A DNA stretch of 64,000 nt, from NCBI GenBank assembly GCA_002633005.1, contig NMRA01000508.1, positions 103,250 through 167,249 of the forward strand, written 5' to 3'. This document shows positions 21,816-35,289 of this stretch, piece after piece. Positions within the stretch are counted from its first letter, which is position 1. Each line of letters starts with the position of its first letter. The notes below the pieces were generated by a model. That model worked only from the letters and a program-made list of their open reading frames with translations. It ran no database searches and was not told the DNA's origin. This stretch comes from Phoronis australis. Lineage: Eukaryota; Animalia; Phoronida. The translations under genes were made by a program, and so were the position numbers.

Positions 21816-24253
21816 GTATGTTCATGTTGCTGCCAATAGCATTTAGAGACTTTGTGATGTAAAAAATAGTTGCCGACAGTCTGGTGCATTTTGTACGTAA
21901 CATACACTGGCCGCTCAGGTGGGGCACATAGCACTGATCACCTGAAACCATTTTGTTGTTCATCAGTATTTGTATTATAACTAACACTGAGCTGGGGAAT
22001 TAGAGACCTGACTAGCAGTGGGCACGTGAATCCACGACGTTGTGTAAAAGAAAGGGACATGTATCCCAGTAGACCACACCACCTGTTCCGTCTTGAATAT
22101 ATAGAAATCCAGCCACTTAATTGAACATACGCTGTAGTAGGAGCGTTCTCACCAGGAATAACTTTGAGCACAATGGGAGTGACAGAATGCTGTTAACAGC
22201 AATTTTAGCTTTTAAGTTGTGAAAGGTTGACCGCTACATTTGTGGTTTAGATTTTTTGCAAATCGTAGTTGATGATTCCCATGAAACGCTAAGATTCAGT
22301 CTGGGACAATGGTGATTCAACTTTTTTCAGGTGTATTTAAATTAGAACCACTGTATTCTGAAGTTGATATGACTGTCGAAAATTGAGCATAGTCACTCAA
22401 AAATTGAGCGTGCTGGTCAAATTTGAACGTGAGACCTCAAAAGTTGAGTGGTGTGCCACTTGCTGACAAAACTGAATAGTGTTCAGAGAATCTAGAAATT
22501 TGAAGATCCTGCAACTTGACTAAACCCTTAAGTAAAAGGTTGATAAATTTTAGTATTTTGTTGCTGCAATCCAGCCTCTTGGCACGCATTTGGTAGGTAC
22601 ACTTTGTCTCGGTTAGTGCTCTGGGGTTTGTTCCTTGAAGACTCTTTTGTCGTTTGGCTAAAAATCAGTCTACTAATATCTTGGCCTATTTCACGAAACC
22701 AGGCTAATGCTTAAAGTCAGAAAATCTCTTGTCTGCAATTCGAAGCCAAGCGACAGAAATCCATTGATAGTCTTTTTGGGAGCAGACTGAAAGCCAAAGA
22801 CAAAAGCGTTAAATTATGGAGATAAACTCACTGAAAAACTGGATCCAGAGCGTCTAGTGTTTTGATTTAATGACCAGCCACTCGATTGTTCATTCACTCC
22901 TCATAATGTGCAAGATACATCCGGGCTTTGTCCTGTGTCAAAATCCCGACATTATATGGTGTTCAGCTCTTAGTTTAAGTTCAGCTCGTGACTTAGCGGA
23001 AATCCCAGGTGCCCAAAGGGAAACTGAGTCGGCAAAATTATGGCCGGAAGTTGCCGATGAAAAAACAAACCTCCATTTCACCCATAATTTTATTGCTGTA
23101 TGCAGTTACGCGAGACATCGCGGTGTCCCACGATCCAAGGCTGCCGGTTTTGTCATCTATCTGGGGTCCCCATGTCGACTCTCTGATTATTTGAATAATG
23201 TTTATCTGAGTTCATAATTTATTCTCGTTTTTGTGAGTTTTGTATTTTGGTTAGCTCACCCCAACTTAATCTAATTAAATTCCTCTCACCAGTGGAGAGC
23301 GCGAACAATTGGAAACACGTGGAGGTGCGGGCTTCATGGCCCTACATCGGTTGGTTTTGGCCAAACAATTCCAACTTTTTTCTCTTTACCTCCTGTTGTA
23401 ATTTGAGTGTGTGATTGATATGTGCTAACTGCTGAAATTGGCAAATACACTGGTTTCAAGAATTAATTAAACGAAACGGTTATGAACCAAAGATATTGAA
23501 TCTAGGAAGAAATGTTATTAATACATGTATAAAGTTTGAAAGTAAGCACAAGTTTTGACTAGATTTTCGGCTGAATTATTGTTCGACTTTTCCACTCGCT
23601 GTGCTTGCTTGGGATTTTCCTCACGTCCTCAAACGCCATCTGTAGCTGCATTGGCAAGCTACAGGTCACCAAATCGAGCAGTAACCTGTTTCAGGGGATA
23701 TTCACATGAATTCTATGCCATGCCACATTTTCATGAACCTGCTGTTGTTTGATATCCAGTATAAACTTTTTGAATGTAGGAAATTGTACATGGCTGCCCA
23801 ATTTCTCTAAAATGCGGAGCCTGGAACATTTGGTTGTTTGTATTCAAACTTTACAGTTTTTGATAAATTTTTCGTTCAATAACTTGAAAGGATACTAAGC
23901 CCGGTTTCCCATCCAGTTCTCTTAAACGAAATAGTGCTCTGTAACCCTCGATAACCTTCAGAAATTTGGAAGAAAAATTAAAAACTCATTCCAAAGTCTG
24001 CCAAATGGACAGCGCTATTAGCAAAGACCACCCACCAAGAACCAGTGCCCAATCTGTGACATAGGGAGTATGAGGTTTTGGATTTCTGCTTTCAATTTGG
24101 AAGATTGATGCCAATGATGCCTTAGCATGTGACAGAACAAGGATTGGTGGACATTATCAAAACAGAGTTTAGTGTCCTTTTAAGATCTAAATCTCTGCGT
24201 AGGATTTTTCTGTGTTTCATTACAAGCTGTCTTCGTGCTTTCTAATATTTTAG

Positions 24254-25691
24254 AATGAGAAGTGCAAAGAAGGCACCTCTTCGGATGACAAGGAGGCGGA
24301 TTGTTTCTCTCATCGCACTGCAGATGAGGAGCAAGATCCCNNNNNNNNNNNNNNNNNNNNNNNNNNNNNNNNNNNNNNNNNNNNNNNNNNNNNNNNNNNN
24401 NNNNNNNNNNNNNNNNNNNNNNNNNNNNNNNNNNNNNNNNNNNNNNNNNNNNNNNNNNNNNNNNNNNNNNNNNNNNNNNNNNNNNNNNNNNNNNNNNNNN
24501 NNNNNNNNNNNNNNNNNNNNNNNNNNNNNNNNNNNNNNNNNNNNNNNNNNNNNNNNNNNNNNNNNNNNNNNNNNNNNNNNNNNNNNNNNNNNNNNNNNNN
24601 NNNNNNNNNNNNNNNNNNNNNNNNNNNNNNNNNNNNNNNNNNNNNNNNNNNNNNNNCAACTTTGTATAAAACGTGAATCTCCTCTTGAAGGCACCAATCT
24701 GTTTGCTCCAACCGATTTTAATATGGAATGTGTGGAGTTTAACGCCAACGATGTTGATGGCGTTGTGACTGACTCTGGTGTCAGACAGAGTGGTGCTGAT
24801 AGTAGCGGGCTTGGTGGCGACGGAGAATGTCACGATTACACTGTTGGTTTGGTCGAAGCCAAATGTGGAAAATCGAAAGCAGCTGCAGATGGTGGTGTTG
24901 ATGGTGCTATTGGGTTTGGAGGCAGTAGCGTCGATGAAAATGGTGTTGGTGCTAATGGTGGACATAAAAACACAATTTTGAGCAGAGGGGAGTGTCACTC
25001 ACTGGAAAGACATCAAGAGAGCGAGGAGAACTCTCATAGTCACCATAGCAACCCTCAGGAGCAGTCGAATGAGAAGACATACAAGTGTAGACACTGTCTT
25101 AAATTGTTCACGACAAGAAGTCGGCTGTCGCGGCATGTGATGAGGCATGGTGAGAAGTCGCACGAGTGCAGCGTCTGCGGCAAAAAGTTCTGGCATTTGG
25201 GTCTGCTGAGACAACACACCAGGGTGCACACAGGTGAGAAGCCCTTTATGTGCACATTCTGTCCAAAGAGATTTGGCGAGAAAACTAACCTCACGGTGCA
25301 CTTGCGCACGCACACGGGCGAGAAGCCATACGCGTGCTCCGTGTGTCCGTACAGGACGACGCAGAGCGGGACGTTGAAGAGGCACGTAATGACCACGCAC
25401 AACCCTGACTGGGACCCGTCTAGCGTGCCGAGAACGCACTTGTGTGGTTTCTGTGGGAAGACATTCCACAAGCCACGTGACCTCAGGAATCATACACGCA
25501 TTCATACGGAAGAGAAACCATTCACGTGCTCAGTGTGTAACAGGAGTTTCAGGCTGAACGAGACTCTGAAGCGTCATAGCATGACGCACACTGGAGTGAG
25601 GCCTCACATGTGCGCGGAATGCGGTAAAACATTCACCCAGCGAGGCAACCTACGAGTTCACATGAAAGTCCACGGGAAACACCTGGATTGA
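24254..25691 (+). CDS. ZnF gene 3: terminal 'A' exon (interrupted by assembly gap), 7 C2H2 fingers
   Basis: Acceptor TAATATTTTAG|AAT in phase 0 reads NEKCKEGTSSDDKEADCFSHRTADEEQDP up to the gap. After the gap it is homologous to gene 2 (NLFAPTDFNMEC vs NIFAAAEFNLEC) with 7 fingers. Frame across the gap cannot be verified. Confidence 0.85.
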
Positions 25692-27729
25692 GCTCGTGGA
25701 GTTACGGATCATCTTTAATGAACTTTATTAAATATTAACTGTCATGTCATGAAAATGTATGTTTACAAATCCTGGATGATCACAGAACTTAATTACTATA
25801 CATGAACAAAAATATTACCAACACATTTATGATTGGCTGTTAACTGTCTTTTTTATTAATTCAAGATTTTCCATAGACTAGCTGGGATCTCAAGCATGAA
25901 TTTTTAGCAAGAAACACAACAACAATACCTGTTTATACCATGCATACATGTAACTATGTACATGTATATCCATGCGCTACAAATGAGCTTCTCAGGGATT
26001 TTTCGTCCTGAATATTTGACTGCCCATAATCAAAATTCGTCTCTTGATGGACTATTGAAGTTTTAGTCACTGCTAACATAAATGTGTCCCTTCCCATCGT
26101 CTATCCAGATTTTCCTGCTTTTATAGTACATGTAGATGTTTAAAACTCCAGCTTACTTCACGTGTAAGATTTCAAAGTGTTTGGACGTTTTACCGTGTAT
26201 ACATGTAATTTACATTTCAGTTGCATTTTGAATATTTTAGGCCAGAGATATTCTCTACATCTGCTTATTGGCTACAGGCCTTGGATATGTCCCGACTGCC
26301 ATCTAACGACGTCTGCTCAAATTTTACTTGTCTTGGACAGAAATGTCAAATGAGTTCAGGGCATATTAGTTATCATACTCATTGGAAAATCATTAATGAA
26401 AACATTTTATTTACGACTGTAAACGGCGTGCTCACATCCATTGAATGTCAATTGCAGAAGAAAAAGAACATTCTACTGATGGAATTCACTTTATTTCGAT
26501 AACACAACGCCTGTCATCGTGGTTAGTGTGCCCTTAGTACATCAATATCACGTGACTGGAATTACCAATTACCGCACGCCAATTTGAATGAACTCAAAAT
26601 TTTGAAAGCTTTCCGTGGGCGAGATTTTTTGGGGTTTGTGCCGAGCAAACGGCAATTTAGTGGTGCCTCGAATGTTGAAGCTCAATTTTGGTACGTTCTT
26701 TTTGGTCTTTGGCAGACATTTTCTGGAGTGAATTTTGCTGTCATGCCAGTTCATTTGGCATTATAATTCAGTTCAAATTTACGTTTGGAAATCTTTGTTT
26801 TTTACTTTTGCCGTAATATCGACTAATTAACAGCACGGCCGGACCATAAACATATTGGTTTGTAGCAAATAAAATTGACTACAGATTTGCAAACCAGCGG
26901 ATCACGTCGGTCAATATTACTCGAACGCAAAACTCCCTCTTACGAAAGAAAGTACTATGTGTGCATATTAAACGCAGTGGAAGATCCTGGAGAACAATTT
27001 TTTTTTTTGTGTTAAACAAGTGTTGCTGGTGAAATTCTTTGTGCCTGCATAGACCGTGCTGTTTGTGTTAATTTAAATAGATGAGTTTCTCTCTAGCCAC
27101 GATTGCGCTGTCATCTGTGGCACGTTTAACGTTTCGTTTACACATCACAAAAACAATAACGCTGCCTAGTGTCGAACTTTTATCTCTATGACAATACAAT
27201 CGCTTTTGGGCCGGCCTCCATCGCCTTTCCCAGCCAACCGGCAAGTACAAATGGTGATTACCGATTGAGATAACAACAGTCACCTACCACAGGACGTGAA
27301 CTTTTAATACGGAGTGATATGTTTGTAACAAGGGATCACTAATGGTTTTCGGCGATAACCGGTCGCGGCCAATTCGGGGCAAGTTCTTGAAGTAATAGTT
27401 CGCCGGGTTAGAGGCGATGATAAAGACATGTTGAAGACAATAGGTTTATATTTGAAAGATTTGGAGCCAAGAGGACTACTTCATTCAGCAATATATAACT
27501 ACGCTATACAGTAATATGATACTATAACAGGTCCAAACTAATTAATGCGGCCATTCAAAATTATACTCGTCGTTGATTGAACGGCGCTCAGCGAATTATT
27601 TGATGTACATGTACTAGTGGTTACAGACTAGTCGGTAAACAGTCACTCAAGATTTTTAGTGGAGTGACCATACACATTTAGTCATTTCAAATATTCAAGA
27701 CCATTGGCCCAAAGTACAGTTTTCTAACA

Positions 27730-27977
27730 CGTGCGCGCACCCAGGGAGGCTCGAACGAGCCTCCCCCCCCCATTCGGCGAAGTCGGCAAAAAGGTCCGCC
27801 AGCCAGAAACAAAAAGTCCGAGAAAATGAGACAAAAGACCACTAAACAAGCACAAATACGCAATTCACAGTGGTGCGCCCGTTTCCGTTTTTATTTGTCC
27901 GCCGGCTGTTTTGTTACCAAAAGGTCCCCAACGTTAGGAATGCGAGCCCCCCAATTTAAAGGCTGGGTGTGTGCATG
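27730..27977. mobile_element. CATG-terminal MITE with 5-bp TSD TAACA
   Basis: CGTGCGCGCACCCAG...CTGGGTGTGTGCATG flanked by TAACA/TAACA. Homologous copies lie at about 28319-28546 (inverted) and 48046-48258. Confidence 0.75.
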
Positions 27978-29949
27978 TAACAAAGAAATTTATTTTATGT
28001 TTATTTATTATTTTACACTCATAATTTCTGTACCGTTATCAGTCATAATAAATGACCTCTATTTCACCCATATACGTCTCCTCATCTCTGGAAACGGAGC
28101 TTGCGACGCACCTATCGTTTTCGGGACATACTTCAAACATACACATTATTTGTACTACAGCAGAGTAGTTGCAAGAATTTCCTTGTACGTTGATCAGATG
28201 TTATGCGCTGCAAGTCGTGTAGCTCAGAGCTAAGTTGCTATTAGCCCGGCAACGGGCTTGACACCAGTTGACAAGAGTGGCTGTCATTGCAATTAGCTAC
28301 ACACTGTTGCGGCACTTCCATGTGCGCACCCAGCTCGATGTATGGGGGGCTCGAATTTCTGGCGATGTGGACCTTTTGCTGACAAAAAACAGGGAGGAGT
28401 TAAAAAAAACAAAAAGGGGTACCACGTTCACTGTGCGTCTGTACCTTTTCAATGGACTTTTGTCTCGTTTTCTCGGATTTTTTGTTTCTCTGGGGCGTAC
28501 CTTTTTGTCCACCTTTGCCAAATGGGGTTGCTCGTTCTAGCTCCCCGACTTCTGTCGTGACTTGGCCTCGTGGTTGACCGACGCCGGCCGTTTAATTTCA
28601 TCAAGTCAACCGATTATGTAGACAACTAAATGATTCTGAACCACAATAAACGTGATTCTGTATTTACCATCACATACGGTTGTGAGGCATTGCTCTAATT
28701 TTCCTAACTTTAAAATTGGGGACGCTTAGCTGTACCGCCACCATTAACTAAAAGCTCGTATGATTTTCCGAAAGAAATAAGATCAGGTACTATGAAAACA
28801 TGCTTTGTATTATGTGCCGTTGTTATTGCGTTACTATAGATAATGACCAACGTCTGTAGCTGGCCAGTAGAGACAGTGACGCGATCCTACATGTATACAC
28901 TACGAGCCTCATACGTGGGTAGCTTTTCGGCGAAGTATGCCTCACACTAAGTGATTAACGCGTCAAAGTCATGTTGTTGTACTGTAAGTACCTTTTGCGC
29001 GAACAGGGTCATCTCAGGAGGCCGTCGATGTCTTTAATTCCTTCCAATTCAAACGATCACTCTCGTTATTAACTTTTCCTTCTAGCGGTCCTTCGTTCAC
29101 TTCTGACCCTTCTCGATTTCGTCACATGAACTTGGCTCTGTAAGTTTCGTGAAAACTTATTGTGCACATCTGGGAATGAGTCACGCCACCAGCAATTTTT
29201 TTTGTTGGAACATCTGCTTACACACACCTTTTTTAGCATACGAAAAGTCGTATGCGAAAAAGTGTGGTGTGTATACAGGGGTTTAGACAATTTCCAAATA
29301 TTTAGGAGCATAAGGAGCACCGACGGTGCGTAAAAACTTGAATACATGTATCAGATGATCGCGAAACAGCAGCCTCAAGCTGTTTTAGAACCAAGACCTG
29401 TACTGTTAGTCCGGAAATAAACATGTGTTCTGTCTCGTTACGAGAAAAACTGGCGAACGATGGTGCTCTCTGCTAATAGTCTATTATTAAAAGCGACAAT
29501 AAATAATTAAGTATCACTTTATTATGCTGAATCACGTTGACAAAAACGGAAAAAGTCAAATGTTTCAGGAAACAAATCATAAGTCTGAAAACAGTTTCAC
29601 GAAACCAAAATATCGTGTGCACAGGCAGTGGCGAAAAGACTGGACTAGTTTTCGGAGGGACCAGATGTACACTGAGAATACACAAAAAGGCTGACCTGGT
29701 CAGTTACTTGACCAATAGTACACCTGTGCTTATTATCCCTATAGTCGATCTGTCGCGGGACCAAACAGTGCTGGTTGAGATAAATAGTTTTACAAAGCAC
29801 ACTTTGGTAAAAAATCACAAGACTAGGTCGCCGAGGGACCAGAAGTACTGTACACTGAAACTCAATGTACACAACTTAAGCTGGCCTGGTCCGTCGCGAG
29901 ACCTAAAGTGTACTATGCAAAAAATTTTGAACTGAAAACTTCTCTCTAG

Positions 29950-30480
29950 ACACTTTTTAATCCCGAGTGGTTACTGATACGTTAGTCCTATCCTTCTGTT
30001 GTCTAGACTGCCGAGGAATCTGACCTGATCCAATGGTTTGCTCGTCTTGGAACCATTCTACCCAGATACTGTATCTTCGATGTTTGTTCCCAACGCTTGC
30101 ACTTCGTCAACTGCTATGTCAATGAGCTTGTAAGCCTCTACAATGTCAACATCTCGTTTCGCAGCTCAGTTGGCACTAAGACCCTTGAGGTTGCCAAGTC
30201 CATTCAAAAGACTTACACGCGCAACTAAATTTGATCCGCTCATCATGGACTACTTCAAACCTTGAGGATGTATCCCAGGACCTATTTGCATCTCTTGCAA
30301 TTTTCGAAATAAACGTCCCAATGTCTGAACGCTTGAAACCCGAAGTACTAACATCAAATAAATGCCCATGGGCATAAGCGTTTCATCGGGTTGGCCTTTT
30401 TGCGGAAATTCCCAGCATATAGAAGACGGCAGTGTGCTTATTGCAGGTAGAAAGAAATAACCACCTGAACCAGTCAAAAT
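29950..30480 (-). mobile_element. Degenerate hAT transposase remnant (Tip100/PRKRIR-like)
   Basis: Minus-strand translation with shifts gives LLNGLGNLKGLSA..KRDVDIVEAYKLIDIAVDEVQALGTNIE and IPRQSRQQKDRTNV. These resemble the LKGLxxxLQxxxxDIxxAY and PRxxxRQxxRxN motifs of this transposase group (recognition from memory). Confidence 0.5.
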
Positions 30481-33116
30481 CTATCTCGCAATTCAACAGC
30501 AGGTTACACACTCCTTCCATGTCGAATATACACACTGTATGCAGCACAGAATCTCTCGACATCAGTCTGTGAAAATGTTACCAACTTCTTTGAAAACATG
30601 GAACAGGAAATTACACCAGAGGGGTGTGAAGGTTGTTTTTATTCTTCAATGTTAAATTTTTAAGCGGACAAATGGTTTTAAAATTTCCGCCTTAAGTCCT
30701 AACATTTCCAAACTTAAGTCTTTCAAACGAACGTTCATGACGAAAACAAAATTCTTCAACAGGTTTTGTAAAGTCCTATGCCACCTGTAGGGTGCATTAT
30801 GAACCAATCCCACTTACATGTATAATGTAACAAAAGGGTCCCGTGCATGCAGGATACTAAGTATTGCCCTCCTGAAATATTACCGTATTCACCCTAATTA
30901 GCGGCCAGGGCGCTTAGAAAAATCCGCTTCAAGAAGGGGGGCGCATATTATAGCCCCAAAGTGGTTGAAACCGGGTCTCCGAAACAGGTAAAATCGTAAG
31001 CTAGAATTCAACACATTACGCTCTGTGACGCATTTGTAACCTATGACAGAGTTTCTACAAAACTGCAGTGCATTGCTATCAAACTTTGTTGTTAACTTAC
31101 GAGCATTTTTCAGGAAATCCCACTGCCAAAATTGCCGTGAATCAGGTTTCAAGCTCCTCAGCTTGATATAACTATATATTAATAAACCATAAAAAGGGTC
31201 CCAAGTGATCAGTGCAATGGGTCCACATACGCTGCCTGCGCACGTCTGGTAAAACGTGTATCATGCAGCTCCTGATTTAAACAAAGATCTCGTTTTTTTA
31301 ATTTTGGTCTGGTATGAATAACGCCACAGACTTGTAAATCCAGCGAAACACTTCTACCTTACAAGTCTGACAATCCCTAGTCTCAGAAAATATGAGCACC
31401 CGGCAAAAGATACTAATGATGAAATTTCGGTGATGATAATCACCCACTTTGTTTATTTACATTTGTACTTCACCTACACAATTTGAAATAGTTGGTAAAG
31501 TGAAGCCTATTCGAATAAACACCATGTGGGTCCCAATGCCATCCCAATATAAAATGGAACCCACCAAGCTCAAGTTGCAGTCAAATCAGGATGGACATAA
31601 ATAAGGAAATTGACTGTATCTAAGATATACATGTAAAGTGTTGATACAGTGCCCTCGTGCACGATACTTGGTCTATTATTTTCCCGCCGTAAATGCATGA
31701 ACCAATCAGATCACCAATGGAGCAAAGTTTTCGAAAACAGCTCGATTCTTAGGGAGTCCTGTTACTGCTGTATTTATTTTCAAAACTTTATTTTGTTACA
31801 ATTAATTTATTTTCTGTTCAACTCAATGAAGCCACTTAATATGAATGCATTCAACACAATTAATGCATTGTAAAAACCAAAAGTTATGCTCTATCAACAT
31901 TAGACAAAATCAGTACAGCCCTTTCTTAAAAAATGGGTTAAAAGTTAGAAACAAAGGACACAAGTTTCCATCACTTGTAACGCTTTTCGACATTGATGTT
32001 GGGGAGGTCCATCAGTATGGAGACAGCAACGTACGAAGACGATGATTTTCAGAATTTGATTCGTTTTGTTGTATGTCTTTTCATTCAGGGTTACTTCTAA
32101 ATCCAGGAACAAGAACTGAAAGAGGCAGGGTTCGTGATAACGTTGGAGAACGGTAACATTTATATATGGTGTTACAACTGTCGTCGATATTGTCATCTCC
32201 CTTTTTTCATCCAACCTTCCCTAAAGAAAACTTGAATGAAGAGGACCTCCAGTACTTGAGTGAGCACGGTATACGGTGTGATTTATGTTGAATTATTCAA
32301 CGGTTCTTTTAAGAAACATTTCACCCTATAACTAAGGCTCATGCACAGTACAACCAACGGCCCTTGGGCCACTCAACACTTCTCAGAAGAACTGCTCATT
32401 TGAGAATGTTGAATTATAAACATGCAAAGGTTAAACTAGTCAAATCGTTGCAGAGGCGCATTTTTTAATTCGAACAAAATATTTTTCTAAACCAAAAACC
32501 TTATACAAGTATCTTTTGCATTCACAAGTACTCCTTGGAATTTGTGCACAAACATGCTTTCGCAGTTTTCCCAGTAGGCCTGTGTGAACCTTAAAATAAT
32601 CACAAACTGTCCGATAACTATGCTGCTATTGGGCAAGCAGACGGCATAATTAGTCGGCACCGAAGTATGAATTTTGTAATTAATTACCAGTAGCGTTGTC
32701 AAAAGTACTCAAGATACCAACACTACTGCTATTGGAAGACTTTGAAAAGCATTTCATTAAAGAAATTATTATTTTTCTTCGTTGTGCTGGACGTAAAATA
32801 GATGCGAGAATTTCCCGTCAAAATACACTAACTGGAAACTGCACCAGAAAATTTAGGAGAGTGGCGGCGCCTCTTGGCTAGCACGGAAGAAGATGTCGGA
32901 GTTGCGAATCTGTTGTCGATAATCGATTATGATGCGAGCAGTATGATTTTCAATAAATTAGTCTGCATCTCCTGTGGTCAGCGCACACGCGCTCGAAAAT
33001 CTGTGAAAGTCAGACAATAATGGAATGATCTCTCGACGAACATTGTTCACCTTCATTTTCGACTTTCGATTTTCCACTTGTCCTATTTGCCAGTGGTCCC
33101 TTGGTCGATGTGGCAA

Positions 33117-33226
33117 CTAAAAAGGCAACGATACGCCTAGTTTGGTATTGTGTAAATTCCGTGTTCTTGGCCGGTATTTCGTAGTCAGAATACGGATGAA
33201 GGGCATTGAGCGTTTCGTCGTTTGAA
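33117..33226 (-). CDS. Secreted prepropeptide, putative exon 3
   Basis: Acceptor TGTTTCCATTACAG; phase 1 reads LQTTKRSMPFIRILTTKYRPRTRNLHNTKLGVSLPF-stop. An alternative acceptor at 33312 would end the protein ...IPLN-stop. Confidence 0.45.
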
Positions 33227-33459
33227 CTGTAATGGAAACACGATGAATTGTTACCACATGTCAGTATGCAGCGCTTCAGTATGGCACTGGACAAGTTTCC
33301 TCCATTAGTTCACTGAAAGTACAGCGTCTATTTTTTGAGTAAAACAATTGGAATAATACCAAAAGGGCTTTGAAAATTGACCGTATTTATGTTATTTCAT
33401 AGTTCACGGACATATTTTGCTGCATTAGTAGTACATGTACGTGCATTATCAGCACATAA

Positions 33460-34078
33460 CTGCGTTTTCCCGTTGCTCCCAACTTGTTCGATTCTATAGC
33501 CCAACAACAAGCTAGGAAGAACACCGTTGTAGCCAATATCTTACACGACTGATGAACTCCATTCTGGCATGCATTCATGGTTGGAGGGCCAGTTCTCTAT
33601 TTGTTCGATAATTGAGCTAATCTCCAGTAAAATCATATCTAGCCTGACCGGGCTGTGCTGCTAAAAATAAAAGTTAAGTTATAACATATTTGGACATAAA
33701 CCAATAGCATTTCTGAAATTCTCTTCAAATGGTGACCATGTGTAGTTTTTGAATTTCCAAAATCGCCCAACTACAACTGAAGTTACGACAATCTATCCTT
33801 TCCGAATGTACCAATTGGCTTTGGGTTTGACTGTGTTCATAGGTGGTCTGTAATAAGTCTGGTAGATAATTGGCCTGCGTGTTGTCATACCAGACAAAAG
33901 ACTGTGCTGTGTATTGGAGCCTACAGCAAGTATCGAACAAAAGAGAGCTAGCCCTCCAACCATAAATGTCATAATGGAGTTAATCAGTCGTGTAAGATAC
34001 TGGCTACAGGGGTAATCTTCCCAACTTGTTGTTGAGCTATTGAATCGAACAAGTTGGGAGCAACGACAAAACGCCGTA
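33460..34078. mobile_element. MITE/foldback with about 150-bp TIRs
   Basis: 33460-33610 is a diverged reverse complement of 33931-34078 (GTTGCTCCCAACTTGTTCGATT / AATCGAACAAGTTGGGAGCAAC). Confidence 0.8.
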
Positions 34079-34997
34079 CTGTAATGATGTTGAAATCAGG
34101 AAGCGACTTTTACTCCTAGTAGGTTAACGGAGAAGAACTTGCGGGTACATGTAAATTACCAAGTAGTCCAGAAATTAGCTCCTTAGTCAATAGACTATTA
34201 TTGTCCATTGGTTTCTGTATTTCTCTTAGAACATTTTTTCTTCAGAGGTGTGAAGCATTTTGAAAACACTAAAGCCATTTCGGTAAGACTTGTGTGTTCC
34301 ACGTGATTCAATCGAATTAGGCTATGCTCCGTGACCGGTTGATTTTGAAACACAATAGTGGTTTGCGTTTGATGTAAAGGCAAGATCATTCTGGTCGACG
34401 GCAGTTGGCATTTCGAATAATAGATGGCAAATAGTTTTTCGTAATTAGACTGCAGGAAGTAAATGGTCAATTTGAAGGTATTTTTAATCTTTAGAGGAAT
34501 GTTTGCATGTATATCATGTGCACTAAGCTTACACAACATTTTGAGGGTTGATACAAAAATAGTAACATATGTTGAACAGAAGGCCCAAATCATGAAATGA
34601 TCCAAGCATTGGTACGGTATGGTACATAAATGTAAACAATTTCTGACTTCAGAAATATCAACTGCTTAAGAGTTTAATGTATCCATAAGTAAAGCCGTGT
34701 TAACTCTGCACATTTAATGCTTGAAATTTTCCCTCAGCGAATACAAATTGGCAAAATACAACTTAATACTGATTCTATTGGCAAGTCATGTGTAATATTC
34801 CGCTGTTACAAAAAGGCTCATAAGCAACTTTTCAGATATAATGACCTCATATCCGTTATCACTTTTTATCCCACTTAGGCTAAAAAGAGTGATAAGGTAT
34901 ATAATCTATACCTTTGACATCATGAATTCTATTCTAGTATTTGATACTTGAAACTGCATGTTTATCTTAACGACCTCGCTGTGACTTAAAAACTTAC

Positions 34998-35096
34998 GTG
35001 GAATGTACAAATTCCGTAAAAAGCGTGACTCTAGTGAAGCCCTCTTTGTCGGCCCACGAGCAACTCGATTGGAAATTGGAGAACCTCTGGTGCCAT
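34998..35096 (-). CDS. Secreted prepropeptide, putative exon 2 (99 nt, phase 1-1)
   Basis: TTATTTTCACCTGAAG|ATGGC...ATTCCAC|GTAAGT. Reads DGTRGSPISNRVARGPTKRASLESRFLRNLYIP in the frame demanded by exon 1. Confidence 0.6.
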
Positions 35097-35289
35097 CTTC
35101 AGGTGAAAATAAATCGGTTGTCAGAAGCGGGACTAGAAGCAAAAGAACATACAATATATCTTTTCCAGTTACTTCACACAACACTTGTTGAAGAGCTTAT
35201 CAAGTTGAATCTTTTTAGACACTATTTTAATGACAGGGTGCACCATATCTATCATCATTTTCATCATGTCTATGTATGTTATCATCAAG

